Source of the DNA: Candidatus Methanomethylicia archaeon
GTDB lineage: Archaea; Thermoproteota; Methanomethylicia; Nezhaarchaeales; B40-G2
Direction: 5' to 3'
DNA: 64,000 nt
Assembly (NCBI GenBank): GCA_029259155.1
Contig: JAPDJI010000020.1
Location: forward strand, 32,001 to 96,000
Shown: piece after piece, positions 19,810 through 29,828 of the stretch
Layout of the letters: the number at the start of each line of letters is the position of its first letter
Position numbering within the stretch: position 1 is the first letter of the stretch
Made by a program: the position numbers and the translations under genes
The notes under the pieces: generated by a model
Databases searched by the model: none
Seen by the model: only the letters and a program-made list of their open reading frames with translations
What the model was told of the DNA's origin: nothing

Positions 19810-20718
19810 ATGTTTGAGAAGCTTAGAAAAAGTTTCCAGTCGTTTGTTGAGAGCTTAAGCACGAAGCAGTTAAGTGAAGAAGAACTGGAGGAGCCTCTCC
19901 AAGAGCTCCTATTTTCACTGGTTGAAAGCGACGTGGCTTTACCTGTGGCCGAAGAGCTGATAGATAGGTTAAAGAAAAGCCTGGTAGGCTTGAAGGTTGG
20001 AAGGTTCTCTGACGTTGAGGATGTGGTTAAAGGAACCTTAAAGAAAACCCTCCTCGACCTGCTTAGAAGCGCTGAGCCCATCGATTTCTTGGGTGAAGCC
20101 AGAAAAGCTAAGGAAAATGGAGAGGTCTTTAAAGTGGTGCTCGTAGGGCCTAACGGTCACGGTAAGACCTTAACCGCCGCTAAGTTAGCCAAGCTTCTTC
20201 TATCTAATAGCTATACAACGGTTTTAGCATGCAGCGATACCTTCAGAGCTGGAGCCGAGGAACAACTGGAGGAACATGGAAGAAAGCTTGGAGCCAGAGT
20301 GGTCAAGCACCGTTATGGAGCTGATCCAGCAGCTGTAGCCTTCGACGCCGTGTCGCACGCAAAAGCTAGAGGCCTACATGCAGTCATAGTGGACACGGCT
20401 GGTAGGCTTCAGACCGATAGGCCTTTGATGGATGAAATGCGGAAGATAATCCGAGTGGTTACCCCTCACCTCGTCCTATTCGTTGGGGACGCCTTAACTG
20501 GTAATGACGCCCTCGACCAAGCAGAGAAGTTTAATAGCGCTGTGGGCATAAACGGCAGCATCCTAACTAAGCTTGACGCTGATGCCAAGGGAGGAGCAGC
20601 GGTGTCGATTATCTACGCCACGAAAAAACCGATACTTTTCTTCGGGGTAGGTCAAGGCTATGATGACCTAATACCTTTTAGCCCTGAGTGGCTGGTGGAG
20701 CGTATCGTGGCGAGCTAG
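19810..20718 (+). CDS. ftsY: SRP receptor FtsY
   Basis: GPNGHGKT, DTFRAGA, DTAGR, TKLDADAKGG. Confidence 0.96.
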   Translation: MFEKLRKSFQSFVESLSTKQLSEEELEEPLQELLFSLVESDVALPVAEELIDRLKKSLVGLKVGRFSDVEDVVKGTLKKTLLDLLRSAEPIDFLGEARKAKENGEVFKVVLVGPNGHGKTLTAAKLAKLLLSNSYTTVLACSDTFRAGAEEQLEEHGRKLGARVVKHRYGADPAAVAFDAVSHAKARGLHAVIVDTAGRLQTDRPLMDEMRKIIRVVTPHLVLFVGDALTGNDALDQAEKFNSAVGINGSILTKLDADAKGGAAVSIIYATKKPILFFGVGQGYDDLIPFSPEWLVERIVAS

Positions 20719-21660
20719 GTGAGAAGCTTGGTAAACATGAAAAACCGGGACTTACTAACCCTCCAAGACTTCAGTGCTGAGGAGCTCCTACACATACTCG
20801 AGTGGTCTAAGGAGCTTAAGAAAAACCCTGGAAAAGCTGGGCGTCCTCTGGAGGGCCGTCAGGTCGCATTGATCTTTGAAAAACCTTCCACTAGGACTAG
20901 GGTTTCACTAGAGGTTGCTGTAAACCAGCTTGGAGGCAACGCGATTTACTTGTCCACTTCTGAAAGTCAGTTGAAGCGTGGGGAAACCATAGCTGACACG
21001 GCTAGGGTTCTCGATAGATACGTGGACGCAGTCGCTGCGAGGGTATCCAGCCATACATGGCTAGAGGAGTATGCGTTGCATTCCCGAAAACCCGTTATAA
21101 ACGCGTTGAGCGACCTTTACCACCCCCTACAGGCCATCGCCGACCTCTTCACTGTGTGGGAACGTAAAGGACGTTTAAGGGGAGTTAAACTAGCCTACGT
21201 AGGTGACGGAGGAGCTAATACTTGTCACAGCTTGCTCATAGCGTGTTCTAAGCTGGGAGTAGATATGGTGGTAGCCTGCCCAGAGCCATTTAGCCCTCGA
21301 AGAGAGGTTATCGAGGCGGCTCTCACCAACGCTTATCGTAGTGGCAGTAAGGTAGAGGTGGTTAAGGACCCGAGGAAAGCCGTGGAGGAGGCAGACGTAA
21401 TATATACTGATGTATTTGTGAGCATGGGGAAAGAGGCTGAGGCCGAAGAGAGAAAAGCTGCTTTTCTACCAAACTATAGGGTGGACGAAAAGCTAGTACA
21501 CATAGCTAAAGAAGACTACATCTTCATGCACTGCCTCCCAGCTCATAGAGGAGAAGAGGTCGTAGACGAGGTCTTAGACGACCCTGAACACTCAGCCGTA
21601 TGGGATCAAGCTGAAAACAGGTTACATACAGCTAAGGCGGTATTCTCCCTCCTCCTATAG
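20719..21660 (+). CDS. argF: Ornithine carbamoyltransferase
   Basis: STRTR, HPLQ, DVFVSMG, HCLP. Confidence 0.95.
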   Translation: MRSLVNMKNRDLLTLQDFSAEELLHILEWSKELKKNPGKAGRPLEGRQVALIFEKPSTRTRVSLEVAVNQLGGNAIYLSTSESQLKRGETIADTARVLDRYVDAVAARVSSHTWLEEYALHSRKPVINALSDLYHPLQAIADLFTVWERKGRLRGVKLAYVGDGGANTCHSLLIACSKLGVDMVVACPEPFSPRREVIEAALTNAYRSGSKVEVVKDPRKAVEEADVIYTDVFVSMGKEAEAEERKAAFLPNYRVDEKLVHIAKEDYIFMHCLPAHRGEEVVDEVLDDPEHSAVWDQAENRLHTAKAVFSLLL

Positions 21661-22508
21661 TGATGGCTTTGAAGCTGATAGTTACATCGTCAAAAGACCC
21701 CGCCAGCTTAAACATCAAAAGAGCCTTAATGGACTTGGTAGACTTCAAGGAATCGAGCTTAAACTTTGACGGAGCCCCGATCATGTTCCGTGGCGACGTA
21801 GCCCTAGTCACTGTAGACAAGGAGCTCATCCACGCCGACCACATAGACGGATTACTAGACGCTGAGCTCGCGGTCTTCGCGTCAAGACATGAATCCTCAT
21901 CCAAGCTACCATCGCTCCTAACACACATCCCAGGTAACTGGACCTTGAAGGCTGAGGCTGGAGGTAAGCCCAAGAGCCTATGCAGAGCTTGCCCCAGCGT
22001 TCTAAAGGAGACCCTCCTAGAACTAGAAGCTCAGCGCAGGAGGCTTGGGCTACACGAATGGCTATGCGGTGTAGAGGCAACCCATCATGGACCTTACCTA
22101 GAGAAAACTCCAGCTATCTTCGTAGAGATAGGTAGCAGTGAGGAGGAATGGTTAAACAAGACAGCAGCCATAGCGGTCGCTAACGCCATATTGAAAGCTG
22201 TGTCAAGCAAAGTTAGCTACAGGCCGTTACTCTGCTTTGGAGGAACACACTATGCTCCAAAGTTCACTAAGCTCATGTTGGAGACGGCATGGACAGCTGC
22301 ATACATAGCTCCTAAGTATGTCGTAGATGAGCTTGACGAAGCTATTCTAGCACACGCTCTTCAACGCAGCTGCGAGACAGTAGAGGCCGCTGCCTTAGAC
22401 TGGAAAGGGCTTAAAGGAGCTCAAAGGGAAGCTTTAATAAAGCTGCTGAGTAAGGTAGGGTTGAAGGTATGTAAGGCTGATGAGCTTTTTGAGCGAGAAG
22501 GTATATAA
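21660..22508 (+). CDS. dtdA: D-aminoacyl-tRNA deacylase (DTD2)
   Basis: SRHES, THIPGN, EATHHGP, FVEIGS, GGTHY. Confidence 0.93.
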   Translation: MMALKLIVTSSKDPASLNIKRALMDLVDFKESSLNFDGAPIMFRGDVALVTVDKELIHADHIDGLLDAELAVFASRHESSSKLPSLLTHIPGNWTLKAEAGGKPKSLCRACPSVLKETLLELEAQRRRLGLHEWLCGVEATHHGPYLEKTPAIFVEIGSSEEEWLNKTAAIAVANAILKAVSSKVSYRPLLCFGGTHYAPKFTKLMLETAWTAAYIAPKYVVDELDEAILAHALQRSCETVEAAALDWKGLKGAQREALIKLLSKVGLKVCKADELFEREGI

Positions 22509-22549
22509 AGTGCGCCTTCAATAGGCGTGTGGACCTCATAAGGTAGGCG

Positions 22550-22735
22550 GTGCTAATGAGGATACGCAGCTTCATCGAGGATACTATGCGCGTACTAAGG
22601 GTAGTGAGGAAACCAAGCCGCTCTGAGTACTGGGTATTGTTCCGCGTATGCGTGCTCGGCATGACAGTGATAGGTATCTATGGTTTCCTCATACTCTACC
22701 TCTCAACTATCATCGCCGCAGCCGTAGGGCTCTAG
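22550..22735 (+). CDS. secE: Protein translocase SecE/Sec61-gamma
   Basis: RVLRVVRKPSRSEY + one TM; precedes spt5. Confidence 0.93.
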   Translation: MLMRIRSFIEDTMRVLRVVRKPSRSEYWVLFRVCVLGMTVIGIYGFLILYLSTIIAAAVGL

Positions 22736-22749
22736 CAAGGTGATAGGGG

Positions 22750-23223
22750 TTGTCGCTAAGGACTGGGGAGTTTCTATACCTTGTGAGGACAACGGTGGGC
22801 CAGGAGAGAAACGTCATGTTCATAGCTGAGGGAAGGATCGAGAGGGAGGGACTCCCTATACGGTCATTAGTGTGTATCGAAACCCTTAGAGGCTACGTGC
22901 TAGCTGAGGCAGACGCTCCTCATTATGTTGAGAAGGCCTTCTCCAACATTAAACATGTGAAGGGGGTTTCATTAAGAAAAATCAGCTTATCTGATCTCGA
23001 AGTCTTCCTGGTACCTAAACCAGCCATTGAGGGCATAGAGGTCGACGACATCGTGGAGATCACCGGAGGGCCCTTTAGAGGAATGAAAGGCCGAATAGTT
23101 AGGGTAGATAAAAGCAAAGAAGAGGTAACCCTGGAGCTTCTCGAAGCCCCCTACGCCCTACCTATAACCGTGCACGCCGATTACGTCAGGGTCAGCGAGA
23201 AAGCTTCAAGGAGGGCTGGCTGA
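22750..23223 (+). CDS. spt5: Transcription elongation factor Spt5
   Basis: NGN domain (TTVGQE, RGYVLAE) + KOW (GGPFRG). Confidence 0.96.
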   Translation: MSLRTGEFLYLVRTTVGQERNVMFIAEGRIEREGLPIRSLVCIETLRGYVLAEADAPHYVEKAFSNIKHVKGVSLRKISLSDLEVFLVPKPAIEGIEVDDIVEITGGPFRGMKGRIVRVDKSKEEVTLELLEAPYALPITVHADYVRVSEKASRRAG

Positions 23224-23714
23224 TGGGCGTCAAGAAAACCTTCAAGTTCATCATAGAGGGCGGTAGAGCCACTGCAGGCCCCCCTATAGGGCCAGCTTTA
23301 GGCCCATTAGGGCTTAACTTAATGGAGGTGGTCAACAACATAAACGAAGCCACCAAGGACTTCGCTGGTATGAGAGTACCCGTAGAGGTCGAGGTGGACG
23401 TAGACGAGAAGGCCTTCCAGGTGAAGGTAGGTATACCCACCACGACCGCGTTGATAGCTAAAGAACTAAAGGTGGAAAAAGGCTCCTCCAAGCCTGGCAG
23501 CGAGAAGGTAGGAGACCTGACCATGGAGCAGCTCGTCAAGATAGCTAAGATAAAACGTCCAGGGCTACTAGCCAAGACGTTTAAGGCAGCGGTAAAAGAG
23601 GTCTTGGGCACGTGCCTTAGCATGGGGGTCACGGTCGAAGGGAAGAATCCAAAGGTGGTCCAGAGGGAGATAGATCAAGGCCTTTACGACGAGCTATTAA
23701 AGGAGGAAGATTAA
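23223..23714 (+). CDS. rpl11: 50S ribosomal protein uL11
   Basis: GPPIGPALGPLG; GTCLSMGV. Confidence 0.97.
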   Translation: MGVKKTFKFIIEGGRATAGPPIGPALGPLGLNLMEVVNNINEATKDFAGMRVPVEVEVDVDEKAFQVKVGIPTTTALIAKELKVEKGSSKPGSEKVGDLTMEQLVKIAKIKRPGLLAKTFKAAVKEVLGTCLSMGVTVEGKNPKVVQREIDQGLYDELLKEED

Positions 23715-23715
23715 G

Positions 23716-24384
23716 GTGAGCGTAGAGCTGGAAGCTTTAAAGGTAGCCATAGAAGAGGCTAAGAAGCTCGCCAAGGCTAGGAGGTTCAAGCAGTCCGTGG
23801 ACCTTATCATCAGTTACAGCGACCTCTCGACGAAGCAGCCAGAGGCAAAGATAAACGAAACCATAGAGCTGCCCCACGTCTCACCTGAGAGGAAGGCTAA
23901 GGTATGCGTCATAGCTGAAGGAGATCTAGCCATTAAGGCCAAGGAGGCAGCCGACGCTGTGATAGGGAAGGAGGAGCTGAATAAAGCTCAAGGTGACCGT
24001 AAATATGCACGTAGTTTAGCTAGGAACTTTAACTTCTTCATAGCCCAGGTCGACCTCATGCCCCTCATAGGTAGGTCCCTGGGACCAGTACTAGGGCCTA
24101 GAGGCAAGATGCCTACACCTTTACCTGGCACCGCTGACCCCATCCCATTGATCAGGAAGCTTCAAAACTCCGTTAGGGTCAGGATCAAAGACAGCCCTGT
24201 AGTGCAGTGCTCCATCGGGAGTGAAGACATGCCTGTGGATCAGCTAGCTGAGAACGCTAAGACCCTAATAGAAAGCGTAGAGGATAGGCTTAAGGTCCCC
24301 CACCATATTGGAGGAGTCTTCGTGAAGCTTTCCATGGGGCCAGCCGTGCCTGTCAAGATAGAGAAAAGGAGGAAGGCGGCTTGA
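23716..24384 (+). CDS. rpl1: 50S ribosomal protein uL1
   Basis: RFKQSVDL; LGPVLGPRGKMP; KLSMGP. Confidence 0.97.
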   Translation: MSVELEALKVAIEEAKKLAKARRFKQSVDLIISYSDLSTKQPEAKINETIELPHVSPERKAKVCVIAEGDLAIKAKEAADAVIGKEELNKAQGDRKYARSLARNFNFFIAQVDLMPLIGRSLGPVLGPRGKMPTPLPGTADPIPLIRKLQNSVRVRIKDSPVVQCSIGSEDMPVDQLAENAKTLIESVEDRLKVPHHIGGVFVKLSMGPAVPVKIEKRRKAA

Positions 24385-25253
24385 AAACCCTAAGTTTCCA
24401 GGTTTCTCCTAGGGCAAGGAAAGAAGCCTTGGTTAAGACCTTGATGGACCTACTGGAAAAATATAGAGTCGTAGCCATAGCCGACGTAACAGGGCTACGC
24501 GCAAACCAGTTTCAGAGGCTGAGGATGAAGCTGAGAGGTATAGCGGAGGTGAAGATGGCCAAGAACACCTTGATGAGGATAGCCATAGAGAGGCTCCTCG
24601 ATAAGAAACCTGAGCTGAAAAAGCTAGCTGAGTATTTGACAGGGTCTAACGCCTTCGTCTTCACTAATGAAAGCGCCTTCGCACTCTACATGCTTCTGGA
24701 GCGCAACAAGGTGTCAGCTAAGGCTAAACCTGGCGATAAAGCCTCAAAGGACATATACATACCGGCGGGCAACACAGGACTCCCCCCTGGACCTATTCTG
24801 AGCATGTTCAAGATGCTAAAGGTACCCACGAGGATAGAGGAAGGATCCATCTACGTGTCTAAGGACACCTTGGTCCTTAAAAAAGGAGAAGTTATTTCCA
24901 GAGAAGCCGCCGACTTACTGTCGAAGCTTGGCATAGAACCCATTGAGGTAGGGTTAAAGGTGAAGACGGCTTACGAAGACGGCTTAATCTTGACAGAGCA
25001 GGACCTAGCCTTAGACCTAGAGGCATACAAGGGTCAGCTTGCTGAAGCATACTCTAATGCTTTAAGGTTGAGCATAGCTGTAACCTATCCAACCGTCGAC
25101 AACGCTGAGCTGCTCCTAGCTAAGGCACAGAGCGAAGCCTGGAACCTAGCGGTTAACGCAGCTCTACCAGTCAAGGAGGCAGTAGAGATGCTGCTTCAAC
25201 GAGCTGAGGCGGAGGCAAGAGCCCTTGAAGCCATCTTGCCTAAAGCTTCCTAA
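24381..25253 (+). CDS. rpl10: 50S ribosomal protein uL10 (P0)
   Basis: KNTLM, PAGNTGLPPGP. Confidence 0.96.
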   Translation: MKTLSFQVSPRARKEALVKTLMDLLEKYRVVAIADVTGLRANQFQRLRMKLRGIAEVKMAKNTLMRIAIERLLDKKPELKKLAEYLTGSNAFVFTNESAFALYMLLERNKVSAKAKPGDKASKDIYIPAGNTGLPPGPILSMFKMLKVPTRIEEGSIYVSKDTLVLKKGEVISREAADLLSKLGIEPIEVGLKVKTAYEDGLILTEQDLALDLEAYKGQLAEAYSNALRLSIAVTYPTVDNAELLLAKAQSEAWNLAVNAALPVKEAVEMLLQRAEAEARALEAILPKAS

Positions 25254-25295
25254 CGTTTATAAGGGAGGCACTACCCCTAGTGTCGACAACCCCCC

Positions 25296-25640
25296 TTGGA
25301 GAGGGTGACTATGGAATACGTTTATGCAGCTCTGCTCCTACATCATGCAAAGAAAGGAATAACAGAGGAAGGGCTCAAGAGCATTTTAGAGTCTGCTGGC
25401 GTAGAGGTTGATGAAGTTAGAGTTAAGGCGCTGGTGGCAGCCCTAAAGGAGGTTAACATAGACGAGGCTATCAAAGCTGCAGCCCTACCGGTAGTTGCAC
25501 CTGCAGCTGTGGCTGCTGGTACCGCTCCTGCTACCCAGCCTTCAGGAGCTCCAGCAGAAGAAGAAAAGAAAGAAGAGGAGAAGAAAGAGGAAGTCTCAGA
25601 GGAGACCATGGCTGAGGGGCTTAGTGCCCTCTTCGGTTAA
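25296..25640 (+). CDS. rpl12: 50S ribosomal protein P1 (L12; start likely 25311)
   Basis: [11 protein letters not shown]..acidic tail GLSALFG. Confidence 0.96.
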   Translation: MERVTMEYVYAALLLHHAKKGITEEGLKSILESAGVEVDEVRVKALVAALKEVNIDEAIKAAALPVVAPAAVAAGTAPATQPSGAPAEEEKKEEEKKEEVSEETMAEGLSALFG

Positions 25641-25693
25641 CGTTGCATGTTTAAAACCCATCTACCTAAACCATAGCCACGAAGGCCTCTACT

Positions 25694-27901
25694 ATGCCCG
25701 GCCGAGAAGAGGACTATAGGTTAACGTTCTTCTTGGAAAATGGATTTGTACGTAGAAGATGTAGTAGGTGTGGGACCTATTTCTGGACTTTAGACCCTGA
25801 TCGACAGGACTGCGGCGATGCTCCGTGCATGAAGTACATGTTTATAGGCAACCCCCCTCTACGTAAGCCTTACACCCTAGCTGAGATGCGTAAAGCTTTC
25901 TTAAGCTTCTTCGAGAAGCATGGACACACCGTTATCAACCCCTACCCCGTGGTAGCTAGGTGGAGGGAAGACCTTTACTTAACCATAGCTAGCGTAGCTC
26001 TCTTCCAACCCTTCGTAACGGAAGGCGTAGTGCCTCCTCCAGCTAACCCTCTCGTAGTGTCGCAGCCTTGCATAAGGCTCCTGGACATAGACCGTGTAGG
26101 GGCAACCGCTGGGAGACATCTAACCATCTTCGAGATGGGTGGTGCACATGCCTTTAACTATGAGCATGATTGGAAGTATTGGAAGGACCGTACCGTGGAG
26201 CTATGCCACCTCTTCCTGACCGAGGAGCTGGGGCTTAAACCTGAGCTAGTGACCTATAAAGAAGACTTCTGGGAGGGGGGCGGCAACGCTGGGCCTGACG
26301 TTGAAGCTTGTGTTGAAGGACTAGAACTAGCCACGCTAGTTTTCATGACGTACCGTGTGAAAAATGGAACTTACGAAGAAATGCCCGTTAAAGTAGTGGA
26401 TACGGGCTACGGCATAGAGAGGTTTACTTGGGCCTCCACCGGCCATCCTACAGCGTTCCACTCGATCTATGGTTCCTTGCTCGACCGATTCATGGACTCC
26501 CTAGGGGTAAAAGAAGTAATAGACTGGAGGATAGTAGCAGACGCGGTTAAGGAGCTCTCCTCATTACCCGTAGAGGAGGGGTTAAAGCCCGAAGTTAGAG
26601 CTAAAACAGCGGTTAAGCTAGGTGTAGAGGCTAACCAGCTAGAAGCGATGCTCAAGGCAGCGGAGAGAGCCTGCGCGCTGCTTGACCACACCAAATGCTT
26701 GGCCTTCATGTTAACTGACGGCGTAGTGCCATCTAACACTGGTGAAGGATACTTAGCAAGGCTAGTGCTTCGTAGAGCCCTTAGGCTACTTAGGGCTCTA
26801 AAAGTGGAGGTTAGGCTGGGCGACTTAGTAGCCTGGCAACTCGAATACTGGAGCCGAGATTACCCGAGGCTTATGGAAAGAGCCGACATTGTGTTGGAGG
26901 AGGTAGAGCTTGAAGAAAAACGCTATGAAGAGACTTTATCGAGAGGTAGCAGGCTTATTGAACGTAGCTTAAAGGAGCTGGCTAAAGGAGGCGTAGAGGT
27001 GCTCTTAGAGCTCTACGACTCCCATGGCATACCGCCGGAACTCGTCAGTGAAGTAGCGAGGGAAAAGGGCGTAGAGGTGCAGGTTCCAGGAGACTTTTAC
27101 ACCATGGTGGCAAAGCTGCATGAAAAGCCTAAGCTTCAAGCAGAAGTTGCTAAAGTCGATCTATCGGAGCTTCAAGGAATACCTTCCACGAAACTACTAT
27201 TCTACGAGAACCCCTACTTGATGAGGTTTAAGGCCAAAGTACTCAAATGCCCAGCTGGATGGGTGGTCCTCGACGCTACATGCTTCTACCCTGAAGGAGG
27301 AGGGCAGCCCTCGGATCAGGGCTATCTACGCTTCAACGGTAAGGAGGTTCAGGTCGTAGAGGTTGTTAAGGAGGGCGACGTGGTCCTCCATAAGGTGGAA
27401 GGCAAGGTTCCTGAAGGCATAGAGGTGGAAGGCGTTGTAGATGAAAAACGTAGATTAAGCTTGATGAGACATCACACAGCCACCCATATCATCGTAGGAG
27501 CAGCTAGACAGCTCCTAGGAGACCATGTATGGCAAGCCGGCGCTCAGAAAGGAGTAGACCGAAGCAGGATCGATTTAACCTTCCACCGCAGGATCACGAA
27601 AGAGGAGCTAAGGGAGATAGAGAGGATCGCAAACGAGGTAGTGATGAAAGGTCTACCGGTGAAGGCTGAGTTCATGAAGAGGGAGGAAGCCGAAGCCCTT
27701 TACGGCTTAGTTCTATACCAGGGAGGCGTAGTTCCAGGAAGATACATCAGGGTCGTGGACATCGCTGGCTGGAATGCACAGGCATGCGGCGGCACCCACG
27801 TCACCTCTACAGGCGAGGTAGGTCCCATCAAAATTGTGAGAGCATATAGGATACAGGATGGCGTGGAGAGGATCGAGTTCACCGCTGGTCTAAGCGCCTA
27901 G
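25694..27901 (+). CDS. alaS: Alanyl-tRNA synthetase, catalytic + editing domains
   Basis: Archaeal AlaRS motifs YPVVARWR, PPANPL, DTGYGIER, HTATH, ACGGTH; ends at TAG before the C-Ala domain. Confidence 0.95.
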   Translation: MPGREEDYRLTFFLENGFVRRRCSRCGTYFWTLDPDRQDCGDAPCMKYMFIGNPPLRKPYTLAEMRKAFLSFFEKHGHTVINPYPVVARWREDLYLTIASVALFQPFVTEGVVPPPANPLVVSQPCIRLLDIDRVGATAGRHLTIFEMGGAHAFNYEHDWKYWKDRTVELCHLFLTEELGLKPELVTYKEDFWEGGGNAGPDVEACVEGLELATLVFMTYRVKNGTYEEMPVKVVDTGYGIERFTWASTGHPTAFHSIYGSLLDRFMDSLGVKEVIDWRIVADAVKELSSLPVEEGLKPEVRAKTAVKLGVEANQLEAMLKAAERACALLDHTKCLAFMLTDGVVPSNTGEGYLARLVLRRALRLLRALKVEVRLGDLVAWQLEYWSRDYPRLMERADIVLEEVELEEKRYEETLSRGSRLIERSLKELAKGGVEVLLELYDSHGIPPELVSEVAREKGVEVQVPGDFYTMVAKLHEKPKLQAEVAKVDLSELQGIPSTKLLFYENPYLMRFKAKVLKCPAGWVVLDATCFYPEGGGQPSDQGYLRFNGKEVQVVEVVKEGDVVLHKVEGKVPEGIEVEGVVDEKRRLSLMRHHTATHIIVGAARQLLGDHVWQAGAQKGVDRSRIDLTFHRRITKEELREIERIANEVVMKGLPVKAEFMKREEAEALYGLVLYQGGVVPGRYIRVVDIAGWNAQACGGTHVTSTGEVGPIKIVRAYRIQDGVERIEFTAGLSA

Positions 27902-27906
27902 ACTAC

Positions 27907-28416
27907 ATGCAGCAGACGGAGGAGCAGCTGAGGAAAGTGGCGGAGACTCTTCAAGTACCTACCGAGAAAGTGGTCGAGGCGGTTGAACAAGTTAAGGAAG
28001 AGCTTAAGGTAGCTAGGAAAACCATAGAGAAGTCGAGGGAGAAGCTAGCCTCATACATAGCCTCGTCGCTCTTAGAATCAGCTGAACACGTAGGTAAGGT
28101 TGTCTATGTGGGATATAAGGGGCGCGAGGAAGAGGCTGAGGACTTGATCAAGATAGGAGAGGAGGTTGTTAAGAAGGAGCCTTTAGCCGTATGCGTCCTC
28201 ATCGCAGGGACGGAGAGAGCTTTAGTAGTAGTGATGTCTGGCCCAGAGGCCGTAAAGGTAGGAGCCCACGCAGGTAAGCTAGCACGTATAGCCTCAGAAG
28301 CTCTTGGAGGCAAAGGAGGAGGGAGAGAGAGCCTAGGGCAAGGTGGAGGGCCTAGGCCTGAAAAGGTCGAAGAAGCGTTGAGACAAGTTAAAGAGGCTCT
28401 AGCAGCGCTCAGCTAA
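27907..28416 (+). CDS. alaS: Alanyl-tRNA synthetase C-terminal (C-Ala/DHHA1) domain, out of frame with the upstream part
   Basis: Coiled coil + GGKGGG..GQGGG; one inserted base restores GLSALDYMQQ. Confidence 0.85.
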   Translation: MQQTEEQLRKVAETLQVPTEKVVEAVEQVKEELKVARKTIEKSREKLASYIASSLLESAEHVGKVVYVGYKGREEEAEDLIKIGEEVVKKEPLAVCVLIAGTERALVVVMSGPEAVKVGAHAGKLARIASEALGGKGGGRESLGQGGGPRPEKVEEALRQVKEALAALS

Positions 28417-28441
28417 TTAAGCTCCTCTCTATCACTAAAGC

Positions 28442-28544
28442 GGGCCCGTAGCGCAGCACGGACACATATGCCGTGAAGCGCGGCGGCCTTCTATACATCG
28501 TTGAGGAAAGCCGTCGGTCCCGGGTTCAAATCCCGGCGGGCCCG
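28442..28544 (+). tRNA. tRNA-Arg(TCT) with two introns (D-loop 20a/21: 28464-28476; 37/38: 28494-28508)
   Basis: GGGCCCG acceptor; helices ACGG/CCGT and CTTC/GAGG with 3-nt bulges; spliced loop CT-TCT-AA. Confidence 0.88.
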
Positions 28545-28718
28545 CATTTAATATTAAAATAGTAATGTAGTATATAGATTTAAGATGTAAGCGGGAGCTT
28601 TTAGCGAGCCGCCTTCTACATTATCAAGTCGTACTAGACTTAATCTCTAAGCCCTATTAGTCCATCAGCATTTACGTAGCCTTAGTTAAACACCCCTGAC
28701 CTGAATCGAAGATCAACG

Positions 28719-29726
28719 TTACACCATGTCTCGAGAGGCTCCTAGCCTCAAATGTTCCCATCCTCTGGGCTCAACGGTCCTCGTGGATCCTTCAACGTAT
28801 ACTTGCACCTTTCGATCCGCAACAGCTTCACCGATTCTTATCAGCTTCCCGCCCGCCTTGTCCACGGCATCAGCAGCCATCGACCAGCTGTCTCGAGCTA
28901 TGGTGACCAGCAGCTCAAACTCTTCGCCTCCATAGAGAGCTAGATCGACAGGGTCGAGGTCAAACTCCTCAGCAAAGATCTGCGCCTCCTCAGCTATGGG
29001 GACCTCTTCCACGACGAAGCCTACACCACTTGCTCTTGAAAGTTCAAATAAGCTGGCAGCTAAGCCATCGCTCGAGTCTATCGAGGCTGTAGCTACGCCT
29101 GTAGAGGCTAGGGCTAAGCCTTCCTTCAACCTAGCCTTAGGCATGGTCAACGACTCCCATAAACTATCACGCAGCTTAGAGCTGCTCGGGGTAAGCTTGC
29201 GCTCATACATGAGGAGAGCTGCCGCCGTCTTCCCGAAGAGGCCTGTGACCGCTAGGATATCTCCAGGCTTAGCTCCACTCCTCGACGTTAGGTTGCCTTC
29301 AACTAACCCCAACGCCGCGACGTCAACTATCACCGTGGAGGCTTCATTTGTGTCCCCGCCCACAATGTAGGCATCGTACTCCCTTGCCCCCGAGTTTAAC
29401 CCTCTCATAAGCTCTAAAGCCTCGTCTAAGCCAAGCTGAGGAGGCAGCCCTAGGGAGGCAAGGATAGTTAAAGGCTTAGCCCCCTTGGCAGCCATGTCGC
29501 TTATACATGACACCACAGCTTTTCGTCCAGCTTGCCAATAGCTCATACCTCTAGGTACGTCGGTATCCCACACCAACATATCACAGGATAAGGCGAGGCG
29601 TACCCCCCTAATCTCCATGGCAGCCACGTCGTCATTATAGGGTAGGAGCATGCCCCCAAACTTATCCAGGGCTCTCACGAACACCTCGATTAAGCGGCGC
29701 TCTCCAAGCTCAGACAGCTTAACCAT
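28719..29726 (-). CDS. thiL: Thiamine-monophosphate kinase
   Basis: DDVA, SDMAAKGA, GGDT, RSGAKPGD, IDSSDGL, GGEEFEL. Confidence 0.94.
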   Translation of the reverse strand: MVKLSELGERRLIEVFVRALDKFGGMLLPYNDDVAAMEIRGVRLALSCDMLVWDTDVPRGMSYWQAGRKAVVSCISDMAAKGAKPLTILASLGLPPQLGLDEALELMRGLNSGAREYDAYIVGGDTNEASTVIVDVAALGLVEGNLTSRSGAKPGDILAVTGLFGKTAAALLMYERKLTPSSSKLRDSLWESLTMPKARLKEGLALASTGVATASIDSSDGLAASLFELSRASGVGFVVEEVPIAEEAQIFAEEFDLDPVDLALYGGEEFELLVTIARDSWSMAADAVDKAGGKLIRIGEAVADRKVQVYVEGSTRTVEPRGWEHLRLGASRDMV

Positions 29727-29828
29727 GACCCCTCGATAGTTTAAGGCTATGCTTGACTTAAAAACCTAGTAGCTACCCATACCGCGCAGATGCTCGATGT
29801 CGACTTCACCGACCACAGATAGTGAGCT

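Noticed and set aside
27885-27920. mRNA BHB intron explaining the alaS break (GTCTA/TAGAC hairpin)
   Set aside because: No 4-bp helix with two 3-nt bulges; a one-base insertion restores a sensible sequence without removing residues.
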